In this document: positions 39,954-54,949 of the stretch, one piece after another
How the letters are laid out: every line of letters starts with the position of its first letter
Numbering within the stretch: position 1 is the stretch's first letter
NCBI RefSeq assembly: GCF_009914755.1
Contig: NC_060931.1
Strand: one strand, 5' to 3'
DNA: 64,000 bases
DNA from: the human T2T-CHM13v2.0 reference genome, Homo sapiens
The notes under the pieces: generated by a model
Database searches by the model: none
What the model was told of the DNA's origin: nothing
What the model saw: the letters and a program-made list of their open reading frames with translations, nothing else
Position numbers and translations under genes: made by a program

Positions 39954-42458
39954 CTTTTTTACTTTCCAGTTTCCCCTGTTACTTGGTGTGCTGCTTGAAA
40001 CCAGACTTGCCATTCTTACATCTCCAGAACCTCATACCATGCCTGGCATAGTGGCACTCAATTAAGGTCTGATGATTTGTACTGAGTAAGCTATAGTTTT
40101 AGGCTTGGAGCATTGTTAAGGCTTTGCATAGAATCTCTGCATTATACAGAATCTTAACTGTCTCTACATTACAGTATAATCCACATCTGCATCTTTGCAG
40201 CTTGCTATTATACATCTTTGGTTTGCTGTGAAAGAGCTGTCAGAGAATGAGCTCTTTATTGCTTAGAATTACTAGTTAACTATTGTTTTGCCATTGATCA
40301 GAATGTCTCCTTTTTCTGTTCTGCTGTATTCATTGTGGTATTTTGTTGTAATCAGAGATAGTCTTGGAGGTGCAAGACTTATTGGATCTCCGTTTGTGCC
40401 ATTGTCGCAACATCACTGACTTGGTGAGGATCAGTCAGGGGTTTCTTCCTTCTGTTTTTGTCATGGCAGTCTTACTTTTTGAAACATTTGTCACCTTCTC
40501 TGATCCTGCCTCCTGCTTTTCCCCATCTGCACTCTGACCTATACTGTTTTAGAAGGAAAAGATAATAAAGGTCAGATTTTATAAAACTCTGTTCAAGAAA
40601 TACTGCATAAAGGGCTCTTCAAGATAAAAGACTACCCCGCTTGTCAGGCAGCCTGCTAATTTGAGAGTGCTGACGACTTACCTTGATGAGGCAATCTTCG
40701 AATTGATGACTCTTTTTAATTAATTGTCTTTTCATTGATAAAACAGAATTGCTTTGTTTTCCTTTTACTGCCCATCTCTTCCTCACAAAATATGTTTCCT
40801 CTCCGAACACACAAACTGTGTTTTCAGAATCTCCCCTGAGTCTGGAGGTCTGGACAGTAGTGTGTTTGTGTGCTTGTGTGTGTATATGTGTGCACACACA
40901 TGCACAGCTTGTGTGCATGGTATCTGTGATTTCTGTGTGTGCTTATATTTTTCACTATTTTGGATTCATCCAGTTCTATAAAGACATACTTGCTTGCTTT
41001 GCATGGTTCTGGCTCCCTCTGCAGCCCCAAATGGAAAAGTGCTTTGTTGTCTTTTGTTGCTGAAAAATCCAGCTCTCGGCCTTCTTTCTTTGAGTAGAGC
41101 ATCCCAGCTGGTATACAAGTATAGATTGGATTTCAGATTTAGCAATGCATTGTGTTTTGACAAAGCTTATTGAAGATGGAAGTCATTTTTCAGGAGCGCT
41201 CTAAGAGGTGAGAAAATGGCAAGGGAGGGTGGGGAGGAAAGGGAGAAAATGCAGAAGAGGCAGACACAATTGCAACATTGATTTGGTAAATAGAAAGTTA
41301 ATGTAGCTACAGGTATTGACAGTAAACTTTGGCTAAGATATTGGAGAATTGCAGATTGGAAGGCTAGAGCTATTTCAGAATTTCCAGGGCCATTTTATTG
41401 GATTATACACCTTAGAACCTTAACACACAGCTTCTGTTGATTAGTACAGTTTGGCCTTCAGTGTGAGTTTGGCTTTGAACACTCAGTGTGACTTTGGCTA
41501 GGGCTTGGCACCTGTGGACTTCAGCTTCTACTTTAGTAAAATGAATGAGTTAGAACAAATAATTGTTACATTCAAATCCAGATTTATGAGTGTACGATAG
41601 TGGCTTCACATTATTTGTTTTAAGTTACCGTTGAGAATTTGGTTCTCAGTAATCTAGAGCTACTATTTTAGCAGAATTATACATGGGATGCAGAATAGAA
41701 GCTTTTAAGCAACAGTCAACCAGATTGGTCTATAATAACTCCAGGATAAATACAAGAAGAATTTCTGGACACATTTTGCCCCAGTGAAGTAAAATTATTT
41801 ACATTCAAGGATGGATTTGGAAATGCAGGTATTTTTCTGTTGATCTGCACGTTGGTTACACTGGTGTGTTCAGTGTGTAATTACACTTCCATGCAGTTAT
41901 TTTTGTTTTTGTGTTAGATTTCAATAAACTATTATTTTTTCTAACAGATCTTAAACTTTAATGCTTCTTTAGAGTACTAATCAAAGTACTGTTACATAAG
42001 TAATGGCTCATGTGTGCGCACAGGTGTCTGCTCTGTGAAGTAGTCCATTTCAAATTATACCACATTAAATTGTGTCTGCTTTAAAGGGTTAAAATAAGTA
42101 CATGTATATATTTAGATATATAAGATGACTTCTATTTAATAGATAATTAGAATGTTTATGTAATAGATTTATGCTTTCAGAGATTTCATATTCACAAAGT
42201 AAGTTTTGGAACCTTGAAACATGGATAGGTCAGTGTCATTTGGTTTCTTTTTTCTTCGTTTAATCCTTTTCAGGACTTCGGCTCCCTGTGAGTTGTTAAT
42301 GTATAGTGTTTATGAATCCAAATAACATTCATTAACTTTCTTGGAAGGTCACAGTTATGTTGGTTCTGTTCGAAATAAGTACTATAAATTTTTTAGAATA
42401 AAAAAGGAAAGTATTACAGTGAGTTTTGCTATCCACTTGCCACTTTCCTTTCCCTTCC

Positions 42459-42607
42459 TTTTTTTGTTTTTTGTTTTTTGTTTTTTGGTAGGGAGGGAGG
42501 TCTCCCTGTGTTGTTTAGGTTGGTCTCAAACTCTTGGCCTCAAGCAGTCCTCCCACCTCAGCCTCCCAAAATGTTGGGATTACAGGTGTGAGCCATTGCA
42601 CTTGGCC
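42459..42607 (-). mobile_element. FLAM_C / Alu left monomer
   Basis: T-rich tail, ggtctcaaactcttggcctcaagcagtcctccc...cttggcc; short TSD ctttccc. Confidence 0.85.
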
Positions 42608-44991
42608 CTTTCCCATTTTTGTGCTTGACTAGTATAAGTGTCATTTTTGTTTTCTTGAAACCTTTGTTCTTTCCCATGTGAATACACATAGGATGACAAT
42701 AGTCACAAAACTCTTTCCGTACTTAGAAGACTAAAACCAGAAATTGTTGCTTGAACATGTAATGGATAATTGTTAAAATTCTGCACTGGTTTGTACTGTT
42801 CTCGAATTTTTATGTAAAGGTCTAGTTTAGAGATTTATTATTTTTATTGTTTAGACTTAAAAGGAAAACAGTTAGCTGCGGAATCTAGTTTTTATCCTGG
42901 AGCGAAACTCATATAACCTTGTTGATTTTAGTGGGAATTAGAAAGTTCAGACTCTTTTTTTAGAGGTCTCCCAAAATTGTTTCCACTCTATGTTGAAAGG
43001 AACTCTAATCTACAGAAGTGGAGGTGACAGTAAGGAGGGCAGGGGATGCTCTTCCCAAAGGAGTTTCTACAATGCAGCTGAGTTAGAGTGCAGTAGAAAG
43101 AGCGAGATCTCATAGTGGCATGTTCCTGTCACAGCATGTGTATAGCAGTCACAGACTCTGAACCCAAAGACTGTATTTCTAGTTGGAGCAGACATTGACT
43201 CCTTTTTCTGGGCTGAAAACAGTGAAGTGTATTGGTTTTGGTAGCTTGGGTTATAAGAAACCTAAATTAGTTTGAAGTGGAATTATCCTGATGAAAGGGC
43301 AGTTGAAAGCCCTTGACACTGGACAGAGGATTGTCTAGTGTCTAATCTTGGCTCAAAATGCACCAGACATAATGAGAGTCATTATGAACTGCTGATCTCC
43401 TACCCCTCCCCTCAGCAGACCCTATTAGACTTGCAAAAATAGCAAACACTGTGTGTGTTTGGCATGGTGCCTGCTGTGTAGTAGAGGAAGAAAGCGTACC
43501 TTGTTTGCACCACAACCAGATACTGGTGCATCATGTTACAGCTCTGCTTGGTTCTGAGCTCCTCTGTTCAATCTCGTCTTGACAGATGCTGTCGTTGCCA
43601 CCCCTTAGCAAGACAAATGCAGCCACTCTGCAGGAGTTGGCTTTTGCCCAGCTGTGCTTGCCAGGGCCCCAAACTGATGTGCGTGTGTACCTGTGGAAAG
43701 GTAACAGGCTGTGGGTGTGTTATCCTCTGCCATTATGTGCATTACCTTTTGAGTTTTTGCCATTCCCGAAGGAAAAGTTACGGTTTTGTTTGTTCAGATA
43801 AATCTGAACCCTCAATTTCTCTTACTGCTTTTTTCACAACAGATGTTGTTAGGCACCCACTAAAGATCCCCAGGAAGGGTCCCTGCCCCATATAAGCTCA
43901 CTTTCTCTGTAGGTAGAAAGAAATGCAAACAGTCACATAATCACAACCTTAATAGCTATGTGTATAAAGGACTCTGGGAAAAAAGGACGGAGGGGATCTT
44001 TGGAGGTGCATGCCAGGAGAGAGTTGTCTCATACGAGCTATGAAGGTTAAGTATTGCTTAGGAGGTGTAGATATATGTGTTGCCAGGGTCCAAGGTGAAA
44101 AAGGAGAAGTGGTTTGAAATGAGCTTGGTGAACCTAGGTTTGGGCCTGGTTTTGAAGGCTACTGGCAATAGGGAATCATCATAGAATTTTAAACTAGGTG
44201 AGTAGCCTTTTCAAAATTTTTTTAGGAAGCATTATTCTGGTTTCAGTCTGGAGAATAAGATTATATAAAAAGTGCTGAGAGTTGGAAAAGTGCCAGCCTA
44301 TTATGTTGGGAGAAGGAAGCATGGAGAGGTTTTAGATGTGACCATTAGTTCAGATAGAGTAGTGAAGGGAGATAGGACTTAACCAACAGGAAGAGAAATT
44401 AAAGAGAGTAAGAAAGGAAGGTCTAAGGTTTTCAGCTAATACTCCCCAGGCATAGTATTTATAGGGAAACAGGGAAGGTAGATTTCAGTTTGGGGCAGAC
44501 TGGATTTAAAATACCTGCGGAATATGTAGGTATTAATGAGTAAATTTCAGTGTGAAGTTTGTACCCAGAGTTGAGAATAGAGCAGGCTGGGCACATAGGG
44601 TTCTGGGATAATTGATGTTACAAATTAGAGTCTGGTTTAGCGGTTAGAGCCATGAGACCCTCTAATCCAAGTTTGATGTCCCATGGCAGTTTGATGCAGG
44701 ATGGGACCAACATTATAGACCTACTGTTACCTGCTAAAAAAGGCATTTAGTATATTTCACTCCTGAGTCCAGAAAGCCATTTACCAAGAGCATATCTGAA
44801 TTTGTGCGGCAGGGAATAATATAACAATGAGTTCTGTGTATTCACAATTTAGGAATTAATTTCACAAGACCACAGGTTGGAAATTCTTGTCCTCTAATGG
44901 GATTGAGCCTTTGTGGAAAGAGTGTCACCTGTATTTTCCTCATCTCAGTAGATGAAGTAGTTACTGTTTCTTTCCCACATTCAGCCAATAG

Positions 44992-45451
<460 letters not shown>

Positions 45452-45669
45452 GGGACATACAGATATTTTTTGGCTGCTTATAAGTTTTTGTTCTCCTAGG
45501 GGATTTCTGGGACACTTAAATATGATTATATCCATCAGTGAATGAACAATCCATAGAGTTGACATCAGTGGTAAATACAGTAATGTGAGAGTCTAAAACG
45601 TGAGCCAAAGTTCCATTTAAAAGATCTAAATGCAAATTATCTCACTAAACTTGAGAATTATTGATCATC

Positions 45670-45826
45670 TCTGTCCCTTTCTCCTTTTTCTCTCCCTTTT
45701 CTTTCCGTCGTTCCTCCCTCTCTTTTCCCTTTACCCTCTTCTCTTCCTTTCCCCGCTCCCTGTTCTCTCTTCTCTTTCCCCCTTTTTTCTTCCCCTCCAT
45801 CTTACTTTCCCTTCTCTCTCTTCTCA
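45670..45826 (+). repeat. CT-rich low-complexity polypyrimidine tract
   Basis: ~155 bp of almost exclusively C/T. Confidence 0.9.
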
Positions 45827-48754
45827 TTTGATATAACTGACAGATTTGAGCAGAACTGTGAGGCTCTTAGGAGCTGTGTGTGATGTGGAGTGGCCAGATG
45901 ACTTTATGTGAGTATGCACGAGGGACTGTAAAGAGGCTGTCCAGAGGCCAGCCTCCCTCCAGGTTGTTCCTAACCCTGGAGAGTCATCATATGTTATTTC
46001 TCATCTCAGACTGCCACAGAATTGAGGAGGGAGATTGAAGGCAGCTCATTAAACCACTTTGGCCACAGATAAGAGTGTTAAGAGATTAAGAAGTAGATTT
46101 ATCTGGGGGAGGGGTTTGGTCCCGGATGAAGCCTTTTCCTGCCGTCGGAAACCAAAGATTTCCTTGTCTCTTTTGTTCTGATCCATGGAATGGTGTGGCT
46201 TAGCTGCCTCTAAATCTGTTTTGGCAAGGTTGTTTGTAAGGAGACATGGCAGGGTCTGTCTGGAGGGAACAGAAAAGAGAGTACATATTGAATGTAGATG
46301 CTTGAAACTAGATCATAGTTTACCTAATTGCAGACCTTGAAGAAACTCTTGGGGCCACTTGGATGGGGGTGCTTCTGGAAGTTTGTCTCTGGGGGTATGT
46401 GAGTATGGACCTCTTCCACACTGAGAAGAGGGCAGAGCCCAGTCATCAGTTTTCATGTCCCTGAGTACAATATTAGGCTTCTTTTTATTATTATCATTAT
46501 TTCAACTGGTAACAATGTTTCCCCTCAGGAAATGTCTTTACCTCTCTGAAGAGAAGACCGTGATGCCAGCTGTTAGTTTGAGAAATGCTGCAGGGTCCTC
46601 TCCTACCTGCTGTTTCTGTGCTCTTTCCATGTGTTGTGGTGAAGCCCCTACCTCTCCAGCCATGGGGCCTTGTTCTTCATCATTTGTTCCTATCTTCAGT
46701 TTGGGATGTGGCAAGGAGAGGCAGAGTGCACTAGAGAAATCTGATACTGTAATGTGCTAGGAGACAGCATGATGAGAGGTTTTGGGTGGGAAGTCCATGC
46801 TAAACATCTTAAATGCTTCAGAAACTTCTTTACAGAATTCTCTGCCTTTAGGATTCTCCTGTTCAATAAATATATTTTTCACCACTTTAGAAATAATCTT
46901 CTTAAAGCCCTTCCTTGAACTCATGCATCTGTAATGACTGCCCATGACCAGCAGTACTACATTGTGGAATGCAAGACCTAATTAGTCTAAGCATGAAAGA
47001 CCTTTTAGTTTCATCAGCTAAGCCCCCTTGTCCTCCCAGGCATTCCTCTTTCCAGGTGCTGTCTCCTTCTGCAGCTTCCCGTAGGCCTCTTCCCACTGCT
47101 CTTTCTGCTCTTCTATAAAACTCCACATTTAATGCCTACACCTTACCAAACTCCAGGAAACTTCCTTGACTCTTGCGGGCTATATGGATCTCTACTTATT
47201 TTAGTTTTTGCTGTTGCAGGAGGAAAGTATGATTTTTAAAATACAATAATCCTTTTGTATGTCTACAGAAGAATGTGGTTTGGTGAGTTTTACATTTGAT
47301 GCATGATTGTATCCACCATTGTGAGATTATAAATAAATCTCAAGACATGACCTTGCCCTGAACCCAAAACTAAACATGAATGAAACTATAGAAATAACTG
47401 GATAACCTCTGGTACATAGAGGGTCGGTGTTACAGGGAGATAAGCAGTACACCCTAACCTAGGGAAGTGCAATGAGCAGAGAGGGGATGGAGTATGTAGG
47501 TGGAGAAGTGGCTAAGTGTCTTAGATAGACAAGGTGGAACCAAAGTACATAGAGCCTGGAAGCTGCAGAAAAGAACGTAGGCTAAGAAACAAGATCAATT
47601 ATAGGTGGTTGAGTAGGTGAGTAAGACAGAAATGTGTGAGGTGATTGGAAGGGACTGCTACGATAAGCCAGCTGTGCTTACAATGGTGAAGATAAGGAAT
47701 GGTGACTTGGGAAGATGTATTGGAGAAAAATGATAGGGCCTGCTGACTGAGCAGCTCAAGCTTTATGGGAACTGCTGATCATGTTTTTAACTGCTATAGA
47801 TATATTTGATTTAAGTAAATCAATTTGTAAAGATTTAGATTTCATAATGATATCTTAGACCATATTTGCACAGCAAGTGAAACTTAAATACTCTTGTATC
47901 CCTATCACATCATGTTATCTTTAACATGTGTATCAACTTTCTTACCTATAAATGCTGGTGACACCTCCCAGTTTTCTAGGCTTAATTTGTAGAGGGCTCA
48001 ACATGTGAACAATGAATTTGGTGCACCATTCAAGAAGTAAAATTCAATCATTTTTTTCTCCTATTCATTTCTAAGGATAGGAATCTTTGCCTTATAGAAA
48101 TATTTTAAAGGAGCCCCCTTAAATGTCACACTCTCTTTAGGCTTAAACTATTCTTATTTCCAAAATGTAACATCAGAAGTTCAGAAATTCTTTCTACTTA
48201 GGTTCTCTGTGCCCCACACAACCTCACATTTTTGCCTGAGTCTCCCCAGTCTTGCTGCAGGAGCTGGGGTAGCTTCAGCCCACTTACATCCTGCCAGGGG
48301 ATAAACTTGATACCTTTTGCTTTCATGAAACACTATCTGTGTGAAGTGAGCTCTTTGATCCACAGTCTTTTATGCTGAAGCTAAGGGAGGATTAAGGAAC
48401 ACCTCTGAGTTGATGAATATTTGATGAGGTTTATATAATTTAAAATTACACTCTTGTTAACCCTTTCACTCAATGGAGAGAGAAGAGAAACTTGTATAAT
48501 CGTGGTTCCTACTTAGGCATAAGGTACTGTGTCTTCTCTGGGTGCATCCTCCTTATCTATGTAGAGCAGAGCATGGGAACTTAGTAAATGTCAATTGATG
48601 ATTGGCATTTTTTACAGCTTCATAGAGAGAAATATCTCTTTGCTTCATTATAACCATACTGAGTGAGATGCTGAAGTGGAATTGGGATCACACAGTATCT
48701 GTGTATTTGACATTGCATGTATAATGGTGAACAAGGCAGATATTCCACTCATCA

Positions 48755-49015
48755 TAACAACAACAGTAGTAATCATACCACCAGGAAGCATTCTTTCAGT
48801 GCTTACTGTATGCAAGGCTCTATTCTAAACTCTTTTCATCCATTTTAATTCTTAGAACAAACTTATAAGGTAGATGCTATTATTATCATTTCTATTTTAT
48901 AGGTAACACAACCCAGGCACAAAGAGACTAACTCCCACAAGGTTTCACAACTTACAAATAGCAGAGTCAGGATTTGAACCTGGGCAGGCAGTTCTCAGAG
49001 CCTGCGTTCCTAACT
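48755..49015 (-). mobile_element. MIR
   Basis: gtgcttactgtatgcaagg..aggtagatgctattattatc..gcagagtcaggatttgaacctgggcag. Confidence 0.85.
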
Positions 49016-49029
49016 TCTGGCTGGACCCC

Positions 49030-49700
49030 TCATGGTGAGAAGGGCAGAGAGTTGACAAATCCTCTGAAGTATGGTGAGTTCTGTAGGAGTCTGCAACAGG
49101 GCGAATTAACCTAGGGAAGAGGAAGGCTGGGAAGGCTTTCCTGAGAAAATGTCTTTTGGGATGAAACATGAAGGATGAGTAGGTGCTCTCTAGGTGAGGG
49201 CTCATGGACAAAACTATTCCAACATGTGTAGTGGCCACAGGCTGGACAGAATAAAATAGGTGATTTGGAGGAACAACAGAGAGAAGCCCATTAGGGGTAG
49301 AGAAAGTGAGAGAGTGTGTGTCATGGAGTGATGCCACAGGGGCCAAATCATGAAGTCCTCCGTAGGTCCCACTTCCAGGATGTGGGTCATGGAAATATAA
49401 AGGGCTAAGGACAAACGGAGCATTCAAGGGGTAGAACCATGGGTATAACATGATGAGATGTAAGCTTTAACGTGTTTCTCACTAGTGATGTGTCTAAGTC
49501 ATAGAGGGAGACAGTAGAGGACAAGAGTGCAGTCAGGCAGCTGATGCTGTAATCCAGGTGAAGGAGGATGGCAGCCTGGACCAAGGTAGTAGAGGTAAGG
49601 ATGGATAGAAGCTTAGGAGCTTATTAGGATGCAGATAATAGGAGTTCTGGATGTGGGAGATGAGGGTGAGGGAGGAACCAGTAACAATGCCTATGTTAAC
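49030..49700 (-). mobile_element. L2 fragment
   Basis: gggaaggctttcctgagaaa...gctgtaatccaggtgaaggaggatggcagcctggaccaaggt. Confidence 0.75.
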
Positions 49701-50919
49701 AGTCAGAAGAAGGTTACAATGTAACCAGACTGGAACATGAACAAATTATCTGCAGTGGAGCTTATTTGCTCAAAAGAAGGATCCTGCAAGAGAACATGGA
49801 TGGCTTGTGTCATCCAAATATGGATGGCTTTGCCCAGTTAGAGAATAATTCCTGCTGAGAGAATACACATGCACGCAAGCATGTACACACGCACACACAT
49901 TTGTTGTAGAGGGTTATACCCTCCCAAGTTAAGGTAATTTCATAATTGAGGTCGACCCTCTCGATGTGGTACCATTGATAAGCCCCAGCACTACAGTTCA
50001 GCTACCAACACTGAGTTTCTCATTGAGTCAAAGCGTGGGATGATCTGACAGCGTCAGCAGCACTGCACAACAGTGGGAGGGACGGATGAATGCCACATCT
50101 ATAAGGAATTGCCACTTGGATTCAAGAGGAAAAGGGGTAATTATCCACATGGGTAACAATTTCAGTTTCATTTCTCCCTTGAGCTAACTCTATTCACCTC
50201 AAACGTCTTTCCTGTCTAGAGAACCACCAAAAGTGTCATTCTGATTACCATTTGTAACTAGGTGTTTTCTGCTTAACATTTGGAACTGGGTGGGGTGAGA
50301 TAAATTCCAAGAAGATGGGAAGTTTTTATATTGCAGTTTATACTACAGCAGCAGCTCCAGTCTGCCCTACAGACCTTCTAGATTTTTTTTTTTTTTTTGG
50401 CTGTGTGACAGGTGCCTGTGGAGTTTATATTTTGATATTTGATCAAACTTTTTAAACCTGAGCTTGTAGTAACCATTATAGTGGTCATGCTTGAGAATGT
50501 GTATTTGCTAGTAGTATAGAGTTAACCTCAGTTTATGGGGGCAGGGATTACTTTGTGAGGAATTAAATGTGGTGTTTGAAAAACTGGGAAGTGAAGATCT
50601 TCTGCAACACAGGAGTTTCTAAAGGAAAAACAATTGGGCCAGACTGGATGAACTGGTTAGATTAAATGCTATCTTCCTGACTCAGGGTTATTATTTTTGG
50701 TTGCTTATTTTATTTTTAATTGTTGAAGATTTATTGTACCATGCTTTGCTCAGGACAGTGTGTAAGGTATTTAGGGAAAGACCTGAAAGAGACAGGAAGC
50801 ATGAGCCCTTCCATCAGGCACCTGAATAACTGATGGTGGACATATTGAGAATACGTAGAAAATTTGTATCTTATGGTCATATTGCACTTCAGACTTTTCA
50901 CAATGCCCTTGTATCTCTG

Positions 50920-51105
50920 TTACTTGATTCTAGTTTTCTTGGCTCAGCATGCACAGTTGTTTTCTTTACTTGTTTATGGTCTGTCTCTCCCACTTAAATA
51001 TCAGGTCCTTGAGAGCAGATACTTGTTCTCAGCTACAGCCCAGCACCTAGATCAATACCTGACATATTGTGGGCACTCAGTAAATCTTAGGAGGATAAAT
51101 GAACA
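50920..51105 (+). mobile_element. L2 3' end
   Basis: cccagcacctag..cctgacata..gcactcagtaaat..ataaatgaa. Confidence 0.7.
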
Positions 51106-51974
51106 AAAAACCTATCTTCTGAATATCAGTGATAATCATATAAAACAGGCTTGGTATGCTACCATTTATGTACTTCTGATTTTGTGTTTTGACAGGTTTT
51201 CACCTAAGGTTTGTAGTAGTTGGTTTTCCTCAGAGAAGTTTTTGGGCTATTTTTCTTTTTAAGAAAGGGTGAGTGATGTCATTATGAAGTTGAAGCTATA
51301 GGACTAATCATATACTTGCCCTGCATCTATGGTGACTTTTTTTTCTACTGGAAAGAAAGCCCGCTATTAAATAATTATTACTTCCAGGTCTGAGGGAGAC
51401 TGTCCAGCATCTGCAAGAGTTTTGCTAGGATGCAGGGCTTTGTTCCCCCACTGGGCTGTGATTCCATCCATGGAGTAAGCTGCATTGTGGTAGCAAGTCA
51501 TCTTGACAGTGGCAAGTATAGCATATTTCAACTGGTGATTTCTGCATGATTTGCATGAATTTCTGTATGACAGGAGTCACAACAAAACTGTTACGTGACT
51601 TGTGTCTAAAGCTATCAGTCAGCTGGAGCTGTGAAAATCAGTTTGCATGTGTCAACAATTTAATCTTCTAATATGCTTGCCAATAGAAAACTGACACTAG
51701 AATTATTTTTCTGTATTTACTGACTAGAAAGATATGGTTATCAAGTGCACTGATTGAAAAATCTTTAAATTCCAGTCTTTAAATCGGGACCATATGTGTG
51801 TTCTTTCCCTAGCCAAATCTATTTGTGCATTCACCCACACATGTGTATACATATACACACACAGTACAGTTACATTGATATGTGTTTGCGTTATATATGT
51901 ATGTATTCACACAGAGCATGCATATGCCTCATGCATATTCATGAGCTTTAAATGTGCTTATAGATTAAGATATA

Positions 51975-52135
51975 AGGATGTTGGGGAAGTTTCCCTATCT
52001 GTTAACTGAGAATAATACTACTGCCTACCTTCCAAGCACCTTGTAAGAATTAAATTAGTTAATATAAGTAAAGTTCTTAGAACAAGGCCTGGAACATAGT
52101 ATGTTTCCTATAAATATTAGCTTTTATTATTTTAG
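51975..52135 (+). mobile_element. MIR
   Basis: gtttccctatctgt..ataatactactgcctacct..ttgtaagaattaaattagttaat..cctggaacatagta. Confidence 0.8.
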
Positions 52136-54650
52136 AGTATGTCTTCATTCTGTCAGCTTCAAATGGGCTTCAAAATTTAGCTTCAGAGGCAGTATGGCAA
52201 AGCCTCAGAATTATTGCATAATTCATTTGATGAATTTACTGTTATTCTAAAATGCCTGCAAACAATTTATATGTCATGCAGGAAATATTGGTATTTGTAT
52301 TTCTAAATCAAAGCCATTTATTAAATACCTTAGTCATATTGATTCCTGTTATAGTAAATTACTTCTCTTTCTATGTCATCATTATCTCCTAGGGTCTATC
52401 AGGGAGATATTTTCAGTGAATTTGTCTTTCATTATCAGACTAAAACTAACTTCACTGAAAACATCTTCATTTGGGATTTGAAAGAGAACAAATTTTCCAT
52501 TTACTAAGAAAAAAATAGGTGTTTGTGTATTGGTATAAAAATAGGTATGTATGTAAGTGATCAAATAGAAAATAATGCAAAGGGACATAGAAGAATTTGG
52601 GAATGGAGGTAACATACACCTAGAAAAACAGTGACAAGGGCACATACTATTTTGAAGCAGGTTTTAGCAGGTAATGATGGTACTCACTGTGGGAGGAAGG
52701 TGTGAATCATCAGTCAAAACGAGTGTACAAACTGGTGATATGAAATGCTGCTTAACAGTTGTTTTAAATAATTAGATTTTTGTTGGGGATAAATAGTTCA
52801 TTCCAGACAAAAGTACTAGGGACTCTATAGCTCATCTAACTTCATAGATTAAAATGAAGGCCCAGATAATTAAAGTGAAGACCTCAGAGTTAGTTAATGG
52901 AAGTGCAAGTTTCAAAACCAGGCTGCGATGTGGGGGAGACAGTGTCCTCCATGACAGCTCTTTAACAGATGGCATAGAAACTCGACTTGTGACCTTGAGG
53001 GGCTCACTTCAGCTCTCTAAGAATAATTCCAGCCCAGAGCTACACCATATATAGAGTCTGTAGACTATTCCTAATAAAATGGTTTTCTTGTCTTAGAGAA
53101 GAGAAACTCAGCACATACCTACTTTGAGTCAGGTTTGGGCATGCTCGAAAAGGGGGCAGCGTTTTTAGATGGAGACTGCTGGAGTAGACTCAGGGTCTCT
53201 TTCAGCATGGCTGCCTGTGTGATTTGATTCATGTGCACTTTAAAAACCTGTTTTATCTAAGTGTAAGACTGTAGAAGACATATATATTTAGGGTATTGCA
53301 TTGATTTTTGGAAACCATTTGTGTAGGGTACAGTATCTTTGAATTTCACTATAGTAACCGAGTTACAAAATGGGCCACTGGGTCTGCTGGGCTGAGAACC
53401 ATCAAACTGAATGGTCAGCAACTTTGTTCATGCTTCATCTACTTTTTCTTTTCAATCATTTGGGGACAGATAATCTTTTGGTCGCTTTTTAGACTAACTT
53501 TGAGATTCAGAGGGGCAGTGTATTCTTGGCTAAAACTTTTTGTACGAGGCACACTTTCTTTTAAGGTTTGTGATTTTACCCTTACGTATCAGATTTCATG
53601 GTATCCAAATGCAAACATGTATTTAACAGTTGGTAGGGATGGGAGAGTTTGAGGACAGCAAAGCAGCCTACTTTGATGAAAGGGTCAGATAGATTTTAGG
53701 ATCTGCACCCTTTCTTAGCATCCTAAGCATTTTGAGAAGCAGTTGTATGTAGGTAAAAACAAACAAACAAACAACTTGGTAGTTGGTGTCAGCTGAACTG
53801 CTTTTTACTGAATCTCTGCTGTACTAGCTGTGTGGCTCTGAGGCTTACTTCCCTAGTCTGCAAAGTAAAGGTAATGATACCTGTTTCACAATTTAAAAAA
53901 TAGATTTATTGAAATATATTTCACATACCATAAAATTCCACTAATTTAAAATATATAGTTCAGTGATTTTAGTATATTCACAGAGATGCAGCCATCACCA
54001 CAAGCAATTTTAGAACATTTTATCACCCATGAAAGAAATCCTGAACCCAAAAGGGCCATTTCCTCCCTAACTTCCCTAACTCTAGGCAACCACTGATCTA
54101 CTTTCTGTCTGTGTGGATTCACCTGTTTTGGACATTTCATATAAATGGAATTATATAATATGTTGTGTTTTATGACTGCCTTCATTCACTTAGCATAATG
54201 TTTTCAATATTCATGTTGTAGCATGTATCAGTACTTCATTCTCCTCACCCCCCAGCTTTATATTAAAGTATAATTGGCAAAAAAGTACATATTTAAGATG
54301 TATAATGTGATGATTTGATATATGTATATATTGTGAAATAATTAGCATAATCAGGTTAATTAAACACCTTAATCCAAATCCATTGCCTTGCATAGTTACC
54401 ATTTTTTGTTGTTGTTGTTTGTTTTTTTGGGTTTTTTTTTGGTGATGGGAACACTAAGAATCTACTCTTCTAGTAAATATCAGGAATACAATACAACATT
54501 ATTAACAGTAATCACCGTGACTGTACATTAGATCTTGAGAAAGTACTTATTTTCACAAAGTTTGTACCCTTTGATCACATCTTCCCATTTCCCTTGTCCT
54601 TGCCCTTGGCAACCACCATTCTACTCTCTGTTTTTATGAGTTGGATTTTT

Positions 54651-54949
54651 TTGTTTTGTTTTGTTTTCAAGATGGGCTCTTACTCTGTCACCCAGGCTGG
54701 AGTGCTGTGGCTCACGGCAGCCTTGACTTCCTGGGCTCAAGCAATCTTCCCACCTCAGCCTCCTGAGTAGCTGGGATTATAGGCTCGTGCCCACCATGTC
54801 TGGCTGGCTGATTTTTTATTCTTATTTTTATTAGTGACAGGGTCACACTATATTGGTTAGGCTGGTCTCAAACTCCAGGCCTCAAGTGATCCTCTCATCT
54901 CTGCCTCCCAAAGTGCTGGGATTATAGGCGTGAGCTACCACACACAGCC
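54651..54949 (-). mobile_element. AluJ inside L1MA
   Basis: TSD ga(g/a)tt(g/t)gattttt at 54638-54650 and 54950-54962. Confidence 0.9.

Noticed and set aside
44628-44700. tRNA-like A-box (tggtttagcggttagagc)
   Set aside because: No B-box or cloverleaf; at most a decayed SINE head.
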